A stretch of 64,000 bases of DNA from contig NEEC01000195.1 of the NCBI GenBank assembly GCA_002189035.1, forward strand, positions 2,603 to 66,602, read 5' to 3'. The position numbers were made by a program, and so were the translations under genes. The stretch's first letter is position 1, and every line of letters starts with the position of its first letter. The DNA comes from Utricularia gibba (taxonomy: Eukaryota; Plantae; Magnoliophyta). The notes beneath the pieces were generated by a model that did no database searches, was not told the origin of the DNA, and was given only the letters and a program-made list of their open reading frames with translations. This document shows, one piece after another, positions 27,701 to 38,900 of this stretch.

Positions 27701-30700
27701 CTTAGGCCTTGGCCCAAAGTAAGTTGTAGCCCGGCAAAGTGATGTATTTATTAACGTTCGGTTTTCGGTGTTGCCTACATGGTTTTTCAAGGAACAGCTT
27801 CTCGTTTTGTGGCGGCCAGTCTCGCTAGGAACTTGGTCCGGGCCCGCGATTCTTTATGGCTCATGAGGACAAAAGGATGCAAATCGATGAATACAATGTT
27901 GCATTTGTTTAAATTGCGATATCACGTGCACCCCACATGATTTTTTCAACAACTTACTTTATACTTGAGCAGGCGGTCTTTGGGTGCACCTGGAACGGGA
28001 CAAAGGTTAGGTTTGGCTTGCCGAAGTTAGTTGTAGTCCGGCAAATAAAGTGATGTATTTATTATCGTTCGGTTTTCGGGGCTGCCTACATGGTTTTTCA
28101 AGGAACCGCTTCTCGTTTTGTGGCGGCCAGTCTCGCTGGAACTTGGTCCTTGACCCCGATTCTGTATGGCTCATGAGGTCAACTGGATGCAAATCGATTA
28201 AAAAAAATGATGCATTTGTTTAAATTACGATGTCACGTGCACCCCACATGATTTTTTAACAACATACTTATACTTGAGGAGGCGGTCTTGGGGGCACTTG
28301 GAACCGGAAAAAGTCAGCTTAGGCCTTGGCCCAAAGTAAGTTGTAGCCCGGCAAAGAAAGTGATGTATTTATTAACGTTCGGTTTTCGGTGTTGCCTACA
28401 TGGTTTTTCAAGGAACAGCTTCTCGTTTTGTGGCGGCCAGTCTCGCTAGGAACTTGGTCCTTGACCCCGATTCTTTATGGCTCATGAGGTCAACTGGATG
28501 CAAATCGATTAAAAAAATGATGCATTTGTTTAAATTGCGATATCACGTGCACCCCACATGATTTTTTTAACAACTTACTTTATACTTGAGCAGGCGGTCT
28601 TTGGGGCACTGGAAACGGAAAAAGCAGCTTAGCCTTGCCAAAGTAAGTTGTAGTCCGGCAAAGAAAGTGATGTATTTATTAATCGTTCGGTTTTCGGGGG
28701 CTGCCTACATGGTTTTTCAAGGAACCGCTTCTCGTTTTGTGGCGGCCAGTCTCGCTGGGAACTTGGTCCTTGACCCCGATTCTGTATGGCTCATGAGGTC
28801 AACTGGATGCAAATCGATTAAAAAAATGTGATGCATTTGTTTAAATTACGATGTCACGTGCACCCCACATGATTTTTTAACAACATACTTTATACATGAG
28901 AGGCGGTCTTGGGGCACTTGGAACCGGAAAAAGTCAGCTTAGGCCTTGCCAAAGTAAGTTGTAGCCCGGCAAAGAAAGTGATGTATTTATTACGTTCGGT
29001 TTTCGGTGTTGCCTACATGGTTTTTCAAGGAACGCTTCTCGTTTTGTGGCGGCCAGTCTCGCTGGGAACTTGGTCCTTGACCCCGATTCTGTATGGCTCA
29101 TGAGGTCAACTGGATGCAAATCGATTAAAAAAAATGATGCATTTGTTTAAATTACGATGTCACGTGCACCCCACATGATTTTTTTAACAACATACTTTAT
29201 ACTTGAGGAGGCGGTCTTTGGGGCACTTGGAACCGGAAAAAGTCAGCTTAGGCCTTGGCCCAAAGTAAGTTGTAGCCCGGCAAAGAAAGTGATGTATTTA
29301 TTAACGTTCGGTTTTCGGTGTTGCCTACATGGTTTTTCAAGGAACAGCTTCTCGTTTTGTGGCGGCCAGTCTCGCTAGGAACTTGGTCCGGGCCCGCGAT
29401 TCTTTATGGCTCATGAGGACAAAAGGATGCAAATCGATGAATACAATGTTGCATTTGTTTAAATTGCGATATCACGTGCACCCCACATGATTTTTTCAAC
29501 AACTTACTTTATACTTGAGCAGGCGGTCTTTGGTGCACCTGGAACGGAAAGGTAAGGTTTGGCTTGCCGGAGTTAGTTGTAGTCCGGCAAATAAAGTGAT
29601 GTATTTATTATCGTTCGGTTTTCGGGGCTGCCTACATGGTTTTTCAAGGAACCGCTTCTCGTTTGTGGCGGCCAGTCTCGCTGGGAACTTGGTCCTTGAC
29701 CCCGATTCTGTATGGCTCATGAGTCAACTGGATGCAAATCGATTAAAAAAATGATGCATTTGTTTAAATTACGATGTCACGTGCACCCCACATGATTTTT
29801 TAACAACATACTTTATACATGAGGAGGCGGTCTTGGGGGGCACTTGGAACCGGAAAAAGGTCAGCTTAGGCCTTGGCCCAAAGTAAGTTGTAGCCCGGCA
29901 AATAAAGTGATGTATTTATTAACGTTCGGTTTTCGGTGTTGCCTACATGGTTTTTCAAGGAACAGCTTCTCGTTTTGTGGCGGCCAGTCTCGCTAGGAAC
30001 TTGGTCCGGGCCCGCGATTCTTTATGGCTCATGAGGACAAAAGGATGCAAATCGATGAATACAATGTTGCATTTGTTTAAATTGCGATATCACGTGCACC
30101 CCACATGATTTTTTCAACAACTTACTTTATACTTGAGCAGGCGGTCTTTGGGTGCACCTGGAACGGACAAAGGTAAGGTTTGGCTTGCACCGAGAGTTAG
30201 TTGTAGTCCGGCAAATAAAGTGATGTATTTATTATCGTTCGGTTTTCGGGGCTGCCTACATGGTTTTTCAAGGAACCGCTTCTCGTTTTGTGGCGGCCAG
30301 TCTCGCTGGGAACTTGGTCCTTGACCCCGATTCTGTATGGCTCATGAGGTCAACTGGATGCAAATCGATTAAAAAAAATGATGCATTTGTTTAAATTACG
30401 ATGTCACGTGCACCCCACATGATTTTTTTTAACAACATACTTATATACATGAGGAGGCGGTCTTGGGGCACTTGGAACCGGAAAAAGGTCAGCTTAGGCC
30501 TTGCCCAAAGTAAGTTGTAGCCCGGCAAAGAAAGTGATGTATTTATTAACGTTCGGTTTCGGTGTTGCCTACATGGTTTTTCAAGGAACAGCTTCTCGTT
30601 TTTGTGGCGGCCAGTCTCGCTAGGAACTTGGTCCGGGCCCCGATTCTTTATGGCTCATGAGGACAAAAGGATGCAAATCGATGAATACAATGTTGCATTT

Positions 30701-31031
30701 GTTTAAATTGCGATATCACGTGCACCCCACATGATTTTTTCAACAACTTACTTTATACTTGAGCAGGCGGTCTTTGGGTGCACCTGGAACGGACAAAAGT
30801 AAGGTTTGGCTTGCACCGAGAGTTAGTTGTAGTCCGGCAAATAAAGTGATGTATTTATTATCGTTCGGTTTTCGGGGGCTGCCTACATGGTTTTTCAAGG
30901 AACCGCTTCTCGTTTTGTGGCGGCCAGTCTCGCTGGGAACTTGGTCCTTGACCCCGATTCTGTATGGCTCATGAGGTCAACTGGATGCAAATCGATTAAA
31001 AAAAATGATGCATTGTTTTAAATTACGATGT
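21748..31031. repeat. Sub-array dominated by the B1-A2 dimer
   Basis: B ends read TTACGATGT and no TTATGATGT was seen. The following A monomers mostly start TTTAACAACATACTTTATACATGAGG. Confidence 0.75.
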
Positions 31032-34000
31032 CACGTGCACCCCACATGATTTTTTTAACAACATACTTTATACATGAGGAGGCGGTCTTGGGGGCACTTG
31101 GAACCGGAAAAAGGTCAGCTTAGGCCTTGGCCCAAAGTAAGTTGTAGCCCGGCAAAGAAAGTGATGTATTTATTAACGTTCGGTTTTCGGTGTTGCCTAC
31201 ATGGTTTTTCAAGGAACAGCTTCTCGTTTTGTGGCGGCCAGTCTCGCTAGGAACTATGGCTCATGAGGTCAACTGGATGCAAATCGATTAAAAAATGATG
31301 CATTTGTTTAAATTCGATGTCACGTGCACCCCACATGATTTTTTCAACTACTTTATACTGAGAGGCGGTCTTGGGGGCACTTGGAACCGGAAAAAGATCA
31401 GCTTAGGCCTTGGCCCAAAGTAAGTTGTAGCCCGGCAAAGAAAGTGATGTATTTATTAACGTTCGGTTTTCGGTGTTGCCTACATGGTTTTTCAAGGAAC
31501 AGCTTCTCGTTTTGTGGCGGCCAGTCTCGCTAGGAACTTGGTCCGGGCCCGCGATTCTTTATGGCTCATGAGGACAAAAGGATGCAAATCGATGAATACA
31601 ATGTTGCATTTGTTTAAATTGCGATATCACGTGCACCCCACATGATTTTTTCAACAACTTACTTTATACTTGAGCAGGCGGTCTTTGGGTGCACCTGGAA
31701 CGGGACAAAGGTTTTGGCTTGCACGAGAGTTAGTTGTAGTCCGGCAAATAAAGTGATGTATTTATTATCGTTCGGTTTTCGGGGGCTGCCTACATGGTTT
31801 TTCAAGGAACCGCTTCTCGTTTTTGGGCGGCCAGTCTCGCTGGGAACTTGGTCCTTGACCCCGATTCTGTATGGCTCATGAGGTCAACTGGATGCAAATC
31901 GATTAAAAAAAAATGATCCATTTGTTTAAATTATGATGTCACGTGCACCCCACATGATTTTTTTAACAACTTACTTTATACTTGAGAAGGCGGTCTTGGG
32001 TGCACTTGGAACCGGAAAAAGATCAGCTTAGGCCTTGGCCCAAAGTAAGTTGTAGCCCGGCAAAGAAAGTGATGTATTTATTAACGTTCGGTTTTCGGTG
32101 TTGCCTACATGGTTTTTCAAGGAACAGCTTCTCGTTTTGTGGCGGCCAGTCTCGCTAGGAACTTGGTCCGGGCCCGCGATTCTTTATGGCTCATGAGGAC
32201 AAAAGGATGCAAATCGATGAATACAATGTTGCATTTGTTTAAATTGCGATATCACGTGCACCCCACATGATTTTTTCAACAACTTACTTTATACTTGAGC
32301 AGGCGGTCTTGGGTGCACTGGAACGGACAAAGGTAAGGTTTGGCTTGCACCGAGAGTTAGTTGTAGTCCGGCAAATAAAGTGATGTATTTATTATCGTTC
32401 GGTTTTCGGGGCTGCCTACATGGTTTTTCAAGGAACCGCTTCTCGTTTTGTGGCGGCCAGTCTCGCTGGGAACTTGGTCCTTGACCCCGATTCTGTATGG
32501 CTCATGAGGTCAACTGGATGCAAATCGATTAAAAAAAATGATGCATTTGTTTAAATTACGATGTCACGTGCACCCCACATGATTTTTTTAACAATACTTT
32601 ATACATGAGGAGGCGGTCTTGGGGGCACTTGGAACCGGAAAAAGATCAGCTTAGGCCTTGGCCCAAAGTAAGTTGTAGCCCGGCAAAGAAAGTGATGTAT
32701 TTATTAACGTTCGGTTTTCGGTGTTGCCTACATGGTTTTTCAAGGAACAGCTTCTCGTTTTGTGGCGGCCAGTCTCGCTAGGAACTTGGTCCGGGCCCGC
32801 GATTCTTTATGGCTCATGAGGACAAAAGGATGCAAATCGATGAATACAATGTTGCATTTGTTTAAATTGCGATATCACGTGCACCCCACATGATTTTTTC
32901 AACAACTTACTTTATACTTGAGGAGGCGGTCTTGGGGCACTTGGAACGGAAAAAGGCTTAGGCTTGGCCCAAAGTAAGTTGTAGTCCGGCAAATAAAGTG
33001 ATGTATTTATTATCGTTCGGTTTTCGGGGGCTGCCTACATGGTTTTTCAAGGAACCGCTTCTCGTTTTGTGGCGGCCAGTCTCGCTGGGAACTTGGTCCT
33101 TGACCCCGATTCTGTATGGCTCATGAGGTCAACTGGATGCAAATCGATTAAAAAAAATGATGCATTTGTTTAAATTACGATGTCACGTGCACCCCACATG
33201 ATTTTTTTAACAACATACTTTATACTGAGAGGCGGTCTTGGGGGCACTTGGAACCGGAAAAAGGTCAGCTTAGGCCTTGGCCCAAAGTAAGTTGTAGCCC
33301 GGCAAAGAAAGTGATGTATTTATTAACGTTCGGTTTTCGGTGTTGCCTACATGGTTTTTCAAGGAACAGCTTCTCGTTTTGTGGCGGCCAGTCTCGCTAG
33401 GAACTTGGTCCGGGCCCGCGATTCTTTATGGCTCATGAGGACAAAAGGATGCAAATCGATGAATACAATGTTGCATTTGTTTAAATTGCGATATCACGTG
33501 CACCCCACATGATTTTTTCAACAACTTACTTTATACTTGAGCAGGCGGTCTTTGGGCACTGGAACGGGAAAAGGTAAGGTTTGGCTTGCAAGAGTTAGTT
33601 GTAGTCCGGCAAATAAAGTGATGTATTTATTACGTTCGGTTTTCGGGCTGCCTACATGGTTTTTCAAGGAACCGCTTCTCGTTTTGTGGCGGCCAGTCTC
33701 GCTGGGAACTTGGTCCTTGACCCCGATTCTGTATGGCTCATGAGGTCAACTGGATGCAAATCGATTAAAAAAAATGATGCATTTGTTTAAATTACGATGT
33801 CACGTGCACCCCACATGATTTTTTCAACATACTTTATACTTGAGAAGGCGGTCTTTGGGTGCACTTGGAACCGGAAAAAGATCAGCTTAGGCCTTGGCCC
33901 AAAGTAAGTTGTAGCCCGGCAAAGAAAGTGATGTATTTATTAACGTTCGGTTTTCGGTTGCCTACATGGTTTTTCAAGGAACAGCTTCTCGTTTTGTGGC

Positions 34001-35668
34001 GGCCAGTCTCGCTGGGAACTTGGTCCTTGACCCCGATTCTTATGGCTCATGAGGTCAACTGGATGCAAATCGATTAAAAAAAATGATGCATTTGTTTAAA
34101 TTGCGATATCACGTGCACCCCACATGATTTTTTCAACAACTTACTTTATACTTGAGAAGGCGGTCTTTGGGTGCACTTGGAACCGGAAAAGATCAGCTTA
34201 GGCCTTGCCCAAAGTAAGTTGTAGCCCGGCAAAGAAAGTGATGTATTTATTAACGTTCGGTTTTCGGGTTGCCTACATGGTTTTTCAAGGAACAGCTTCT
34301 CGTTTTGTGGCGGCCAGTCTCGCTGGGAACTTGGTCCTTGACCCGATTCTGTATGGCTCATGAGGTCAACTGGATGCAAATCGATTAAAAAAAATGATCC
34401 ATTTGTTTAAATTACGATGTCACGTGCACCCCACATGATTTTTTCAACAACTTACTTTATACTTGAGGAGGCGGTCTTGGGGCACTTGGAACGGAAAAAG
34501 ATCAGCTTAGGCCTTGCCCAAAGTAAGTTGTAGTCCGGCAAATAAAGTGATGTATTTATTATCGTTCGGTTTTCGGGGGCTGCCTACATGGTTTTTCAAG
34601 GAACCGCTTCTCGTTTTGTGGCGGCCAGTCTCGCTGGAAACTTGGTCCTTGACCCCGATTCTGTATGGCTCATGAGGTCAACTGGATGCAAATCGATTAA
34701 AAAAAATGATGCATTTGTTTAAATTACGATGTCACGTGCACCCCACATGATTTTTTTAACAACTACTTTATACTGAGGAGGCGGTCTTGGGGGCACTTGG
34801 AACCGGAAAAAGGTCAGCTTAGGCCTTGGCCCAAAGTAGTTGTAGCCCGGCAAAGAAAGTGATGTATTTATTAACGTTCGGTTTTCGGTGTTGCCTACAT
34901 GGTTTTTCAAGGAACAGCTTCTCGTTTTGTGGCGGCCAGTCTCGCTAGGAACTTGGTCCGGGCCCGCGATTCTTTATGGCTCATGAGGACAAAAGGATGC
35001 AAATCGATGAATACAATGTTGCATTTGTTTAAATTGCGATATCACGTGCACCCCACATGATTTTTTCAACAACTTACTTTATACTTGAGCAGGCGGTCTT
35101 TGGGTGCACCTGGAACGGGACAAAGGTAAGGTTTGGCTTGCAAGAGTTAGTTGTAGTCCGGCAAATAAAGTGATGTATTTATTATCGTTCGGTTTTCGGG
35201 GGCTGCCTACATGGTTTTTCAAGGAACCGCTTCTCGTTTTGTGGCGGCCAGTCTCGCTGGGAACTTGGTCCTTGACCCCGATTCTGTATGGCTCATGAGG
35301 TCAACTGGATGCAAATCGATTAAAAAAAATGATGCATTTGTTTAAATTATGATGTCACGTGCACCCCACATGATTTTTTCAACAACTTACTTTATACTTG
35401 AGAAGGCGGTCTTTGGGGCACTTGGAACCGGAAAAAGATCAGCTTAGGCCTTGGCCCAAAGTAAGTTGTAGCCCGGCAAAGAAAGTGATGTATTTATTAA
35501 CGTTCGGTTTTCGGTGTTGCCTACATGGTTTTTCAAGGAACAGCTTCTCGTTTTGTGGCGGCCAGTCTCGCTAGGAACTTGGTCCGGGCCCGCGATTCTT
35601 TATGGCTCATGAGGACAAAAGGATGCAAATCGATGAATACAATGTTGCATTTGTTTAAATTGCGATAT

Positions 35669-35984
35669 CACGTGCACCCCACATGATTTTTTCAACAACT
35701 TACTTTATACTTGAGCAGGCGGTCTTTGGGTGCACCTGGAACGGGACAAAGGTAAGGTTTGGCTTGCACCGAGAGTTAGTTGTAGTCCGGCAAATAAAGT
35801 GATGTATTTATTATCGTTCGGTTTTCGGGGGCTGCCTACATGGTTTTTCAAGGAACCGCTTCTCGTTTTGTGGCGGCCAGTCTCGCTGGGAACTTGGTCC
35901 TTGACCCCGATTCTGTATGGCTCATGAGGTCAACTGGATGCAAATCGATTAAAAAAAATGATGCATTTGTTTAAATTACGATGT
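35669..35984. repeat. Representative clean B-type monomer, subtype B1 (316 bp)
   Basis: Diagnostic words GAGCAGGCGG, CACCTGGAACGGGACAAAGGTAAGGTTTGGCTTGCACCGAGAGTTAG, AAATAAAG, TTATCG, GAACCGC, GCTGGG, CCTTGACCCCG, GGTCAACTGG, GATTAAAAAAAATGATGC, TTACGATGT. About 36 substitutions plus 2 indels versus A1 by hand alignment. Confidence 0.95.
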
Positions 35985-35996
35985 CACGTGCACCCC
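35681..35996. repeat. Two ancestral ~157-bp sub-repeats forming one monomer period (35681-35837 and 35838-35996)
   Basis: ACATGATTTTTTCAA at 35681, ACATGGTTTTTCAA at 35838, and ACATGATTTTT again at 35997 (spacing 157 and 159 bp). GGCGG, AC(C/T)TGG and TGATG(T/C)ATTT(A/G)TT motifs are collinear in both halves. Confidence 0.85.
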
Positions 35997-38900
35997 ACAT
36001 GATTTTTTTAAACAACTACTTTATACTGAGGAGGCGGTCTTGGGGGCACTTGGAACCGGAAAAAGATCAGCTTAGGCCTTGGCCCAAAGTAAGTTGTAGC
36101 CCGGCAAAGAAAGTGATGTATTTATTAACGTTCGGTTTTCGGTGTTGCCTACATGGTTTTTCAAGGAACAGCTTCTCGTTTTGTGCGGCCAGTCTCGCTA
36201 GGAACTTGGTCCGGGCCCGCGATTCTTTATGGCTCATGAGGACAAAAGGATGCAAATCGATGAATACAATGTTGCATTTGTTTAAATTGCGATATCACGT
36301 GCACCCCACATGATTTTTTCAACAACTTACTTTATACTGAGCAGGCGGTCTTTGGGGCACTTGGAACGGAAAAGGTTTAGGCTTGGCCCAAAGTAAGTTG
36401 TAGTCCGGCAAATAAAGTGATGTATTTATTATCGTTCGGTTTTCGGGGGCTGCCTACATGGTTTTTCAAGGAACCGCTTCTCGTTTGTGGCGGCCAGTCT
36501 CGCTGGGAACTTGGTCCTTGACCCCGATTCTGTATGGCTCATGAGGTCAACTGGATGCAAATCGATTAAAAAAAAATGATGCATTTGTTTAAATTACGAT
36601 GTCACGTGCACCCCACATGATTTTTTAACAACATACTTTATACTTGAGAGGCGGTCTTTGGGGCACTTGGAACCGGAAAAAGGTCAGCTTAGGCCTTGGC
36701 CCAAAGTAAGTTGTAGCCCGGCAAAGAAAGTGATGTATTTATTAACGTTCGGTTTTCGGTGTTGCCTACATGGTTTTTCAAGGAACAGCTTCTCGTTTTG
36801 TGGCGGCCAGTCTCGCTAGGAACTTGGTCCGGGCCCGATTCTTATGGCTCATGAGGACAAAAGGATGCAAATCGATGAATACAATGTTGCATTTGTTTAA
36901 ATTGCGATATCACGTGCACCCCACATGATTTTTTCAACAACTTACTTTATACTTGAGCAGGCGGTCTTTGGGTGCACCTGGAACGGGACAAAGGTAGGTT
37001 TGGCTTGCACGAGAGTTAGTTGTAGTCCGGCAAATAAAGTGATGTATTTATTATCGTTCGGTTTTCGGGGCTGCCTACATGGTTTTTCAAGGAACCGCTT
37101 CTCGTTTTGTGGCGGCCAGTCTCGCTGGGAACTTGGTCCTTGACCCCGATTCTGTATGGCTCATGAGGTCAACTGGATGCAAATCGATTAAAAAAAATGA
37201 TCCATTTGTTTAAATTATGATGTCACGTGCACCCCACATGATTTTTTCAACAACTTACTTTATACTTGAGAAGGCGGTCTTTGGGTGCACTTGGAACCGG
37301 AAAAAGATCAGCTTAGGCCTTGGCCAAAGTAAGTTGTAGCCCGGCAAAGAAAGTGATGTATTTATTAACGTTCGGTTTTCGGTGTTGCCTACATGGTTTT
37401 TCAAGGAACAGCTTCTCGTTTTGTGGCGGCCAGTCTCGCTAGGAACTTGGTCCGGGCCCGCGATTCTTTATGGCTCATGAGGACAAAAGGATGCAAATCG
37501 ATGAATACAATGTTGCATTTGTTTAAATTGCGATATCACGTGCACCCCACATGATTTTTTCAACAACTTACTTTATACTTGAGCAGGCGGTCTTTGGGGC
37601 ACTGGAACGGAAAAAGGTAGGTTTGGCTTGCCCGAAGTTAGTTGTAGTCCGGCAAATAAAGTGATGTATTTATTATCGTTCGGTTTTCGGGGGCTGCCTA
37701 CATGGTTTTTCAAGGAACCGCTTCTCGTTTTGTGGCGGCCAGTCTCGCTGGAACTTGGTCCTTGACCCCGATTCTGTATGGCTCATGAGGTCAACTGGAT
37801 GCAAATCGATTAAAAAAAATGATGCATTTGTTTAAATTACGATGTCACGTGCACCCCACATGATTTTTTTAACAACTACTTTATACATGAGGAGGCGGTC
37901 TTGGGGGGCACTTGGAACCGGAAAAAGGTCAGCTTAGGCCTTGGCCCAAAGTAAGTTGTAGCCCGGCAAAGAAAGTGATGTATTTATTAACGTTCGGTTT
38001 TCGGTGTTGCCTACATGGTTTTCAAGGAACAGCTTCTCGTTTTGTGGCGGCCAGTCTCGCTAGGAACTTGGTCCGGGCCCGCGATTCTTTATGGCTCATG
38101 AGGACAAAAGGATGCAAATCGATGAATACAATGTTGCATTTGTTTAAATTGCGATATCACGTGCACCCCACATGATTTTTTCAACAACTTACTTTATACT
38201 TGAGCAGGCGGTCTTTGGGTGCACCTGGAACGGGACAAAGGTAGGTTTGGCTTGCACAGAGTTAGTTGTAGTCCGGCAAAAAAAGTGATGTATTTTATTA
38301 TCGTTCGGTTTTCGGGGGCTGCCTACATGGTTTTTCAAGGAACCGCTTCTCGTTTTGTGGCGGCCAGTCTCGCTGGGAACTTGGTCCTTGACCCCGATTC
38401 TGTATGGCTCATGAGGTCAACTGGATGCAAATCGATTAAAAAAAATGATGCATTTGTTTAAATTACGATGTCACGTGCACCCCACATGATTTTTTTTAAC
38501 AACATACTTTATACATGAGAGGCGGTCTTTGGGGGCACTTGGAACCGGAAAAAGGTCAGCTTAGGCCTTGGCCCAAAGTAAGTTGTAGCCCGGCAAAGAA
38601 AGTGATGTATTTATTAACGTTCGGTTTTCGGTGTTGCCTACATGGTTTTTCAAGGAACAGCTTCTCGTTTTGTGGCGGCCAGTCTCGCTAGGAACTTGGT
38701 CCGGGCCCGCGATTCTTTATGGCTCATGAGGACAAAAGGATGCAAATCGATGAATACAATGTTGCATTTGTTTAAATTGCGATATCACGTGCACCCCACA
38801 TGATTTTTTCAACAACTTACTTTATACTTGAGGAGGCGGTCTTTGGGGCACTTGGAACGGAAAAGATAGGTTTGGCTTGCCCAAAGTAAGTTGTAGTCCG

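Noticed and set aside
35781-35800. AATAAA polyadenylation-like signal in B monomers
   Set aside because: It arises from a single A/B substitution (AAAGAAA versus AAATAAA) in AT-rich sequence with no gene context.
35813-35832. CENP-B-box-like word TTCGGTTTTCGGG in B monomers
   Set aside because: The canonical box is TTCG-NNNNANN-CGGG (7-nt spacer with an A). Here the spacer is 5 nt with no A, and clean A monomers read CGGT.
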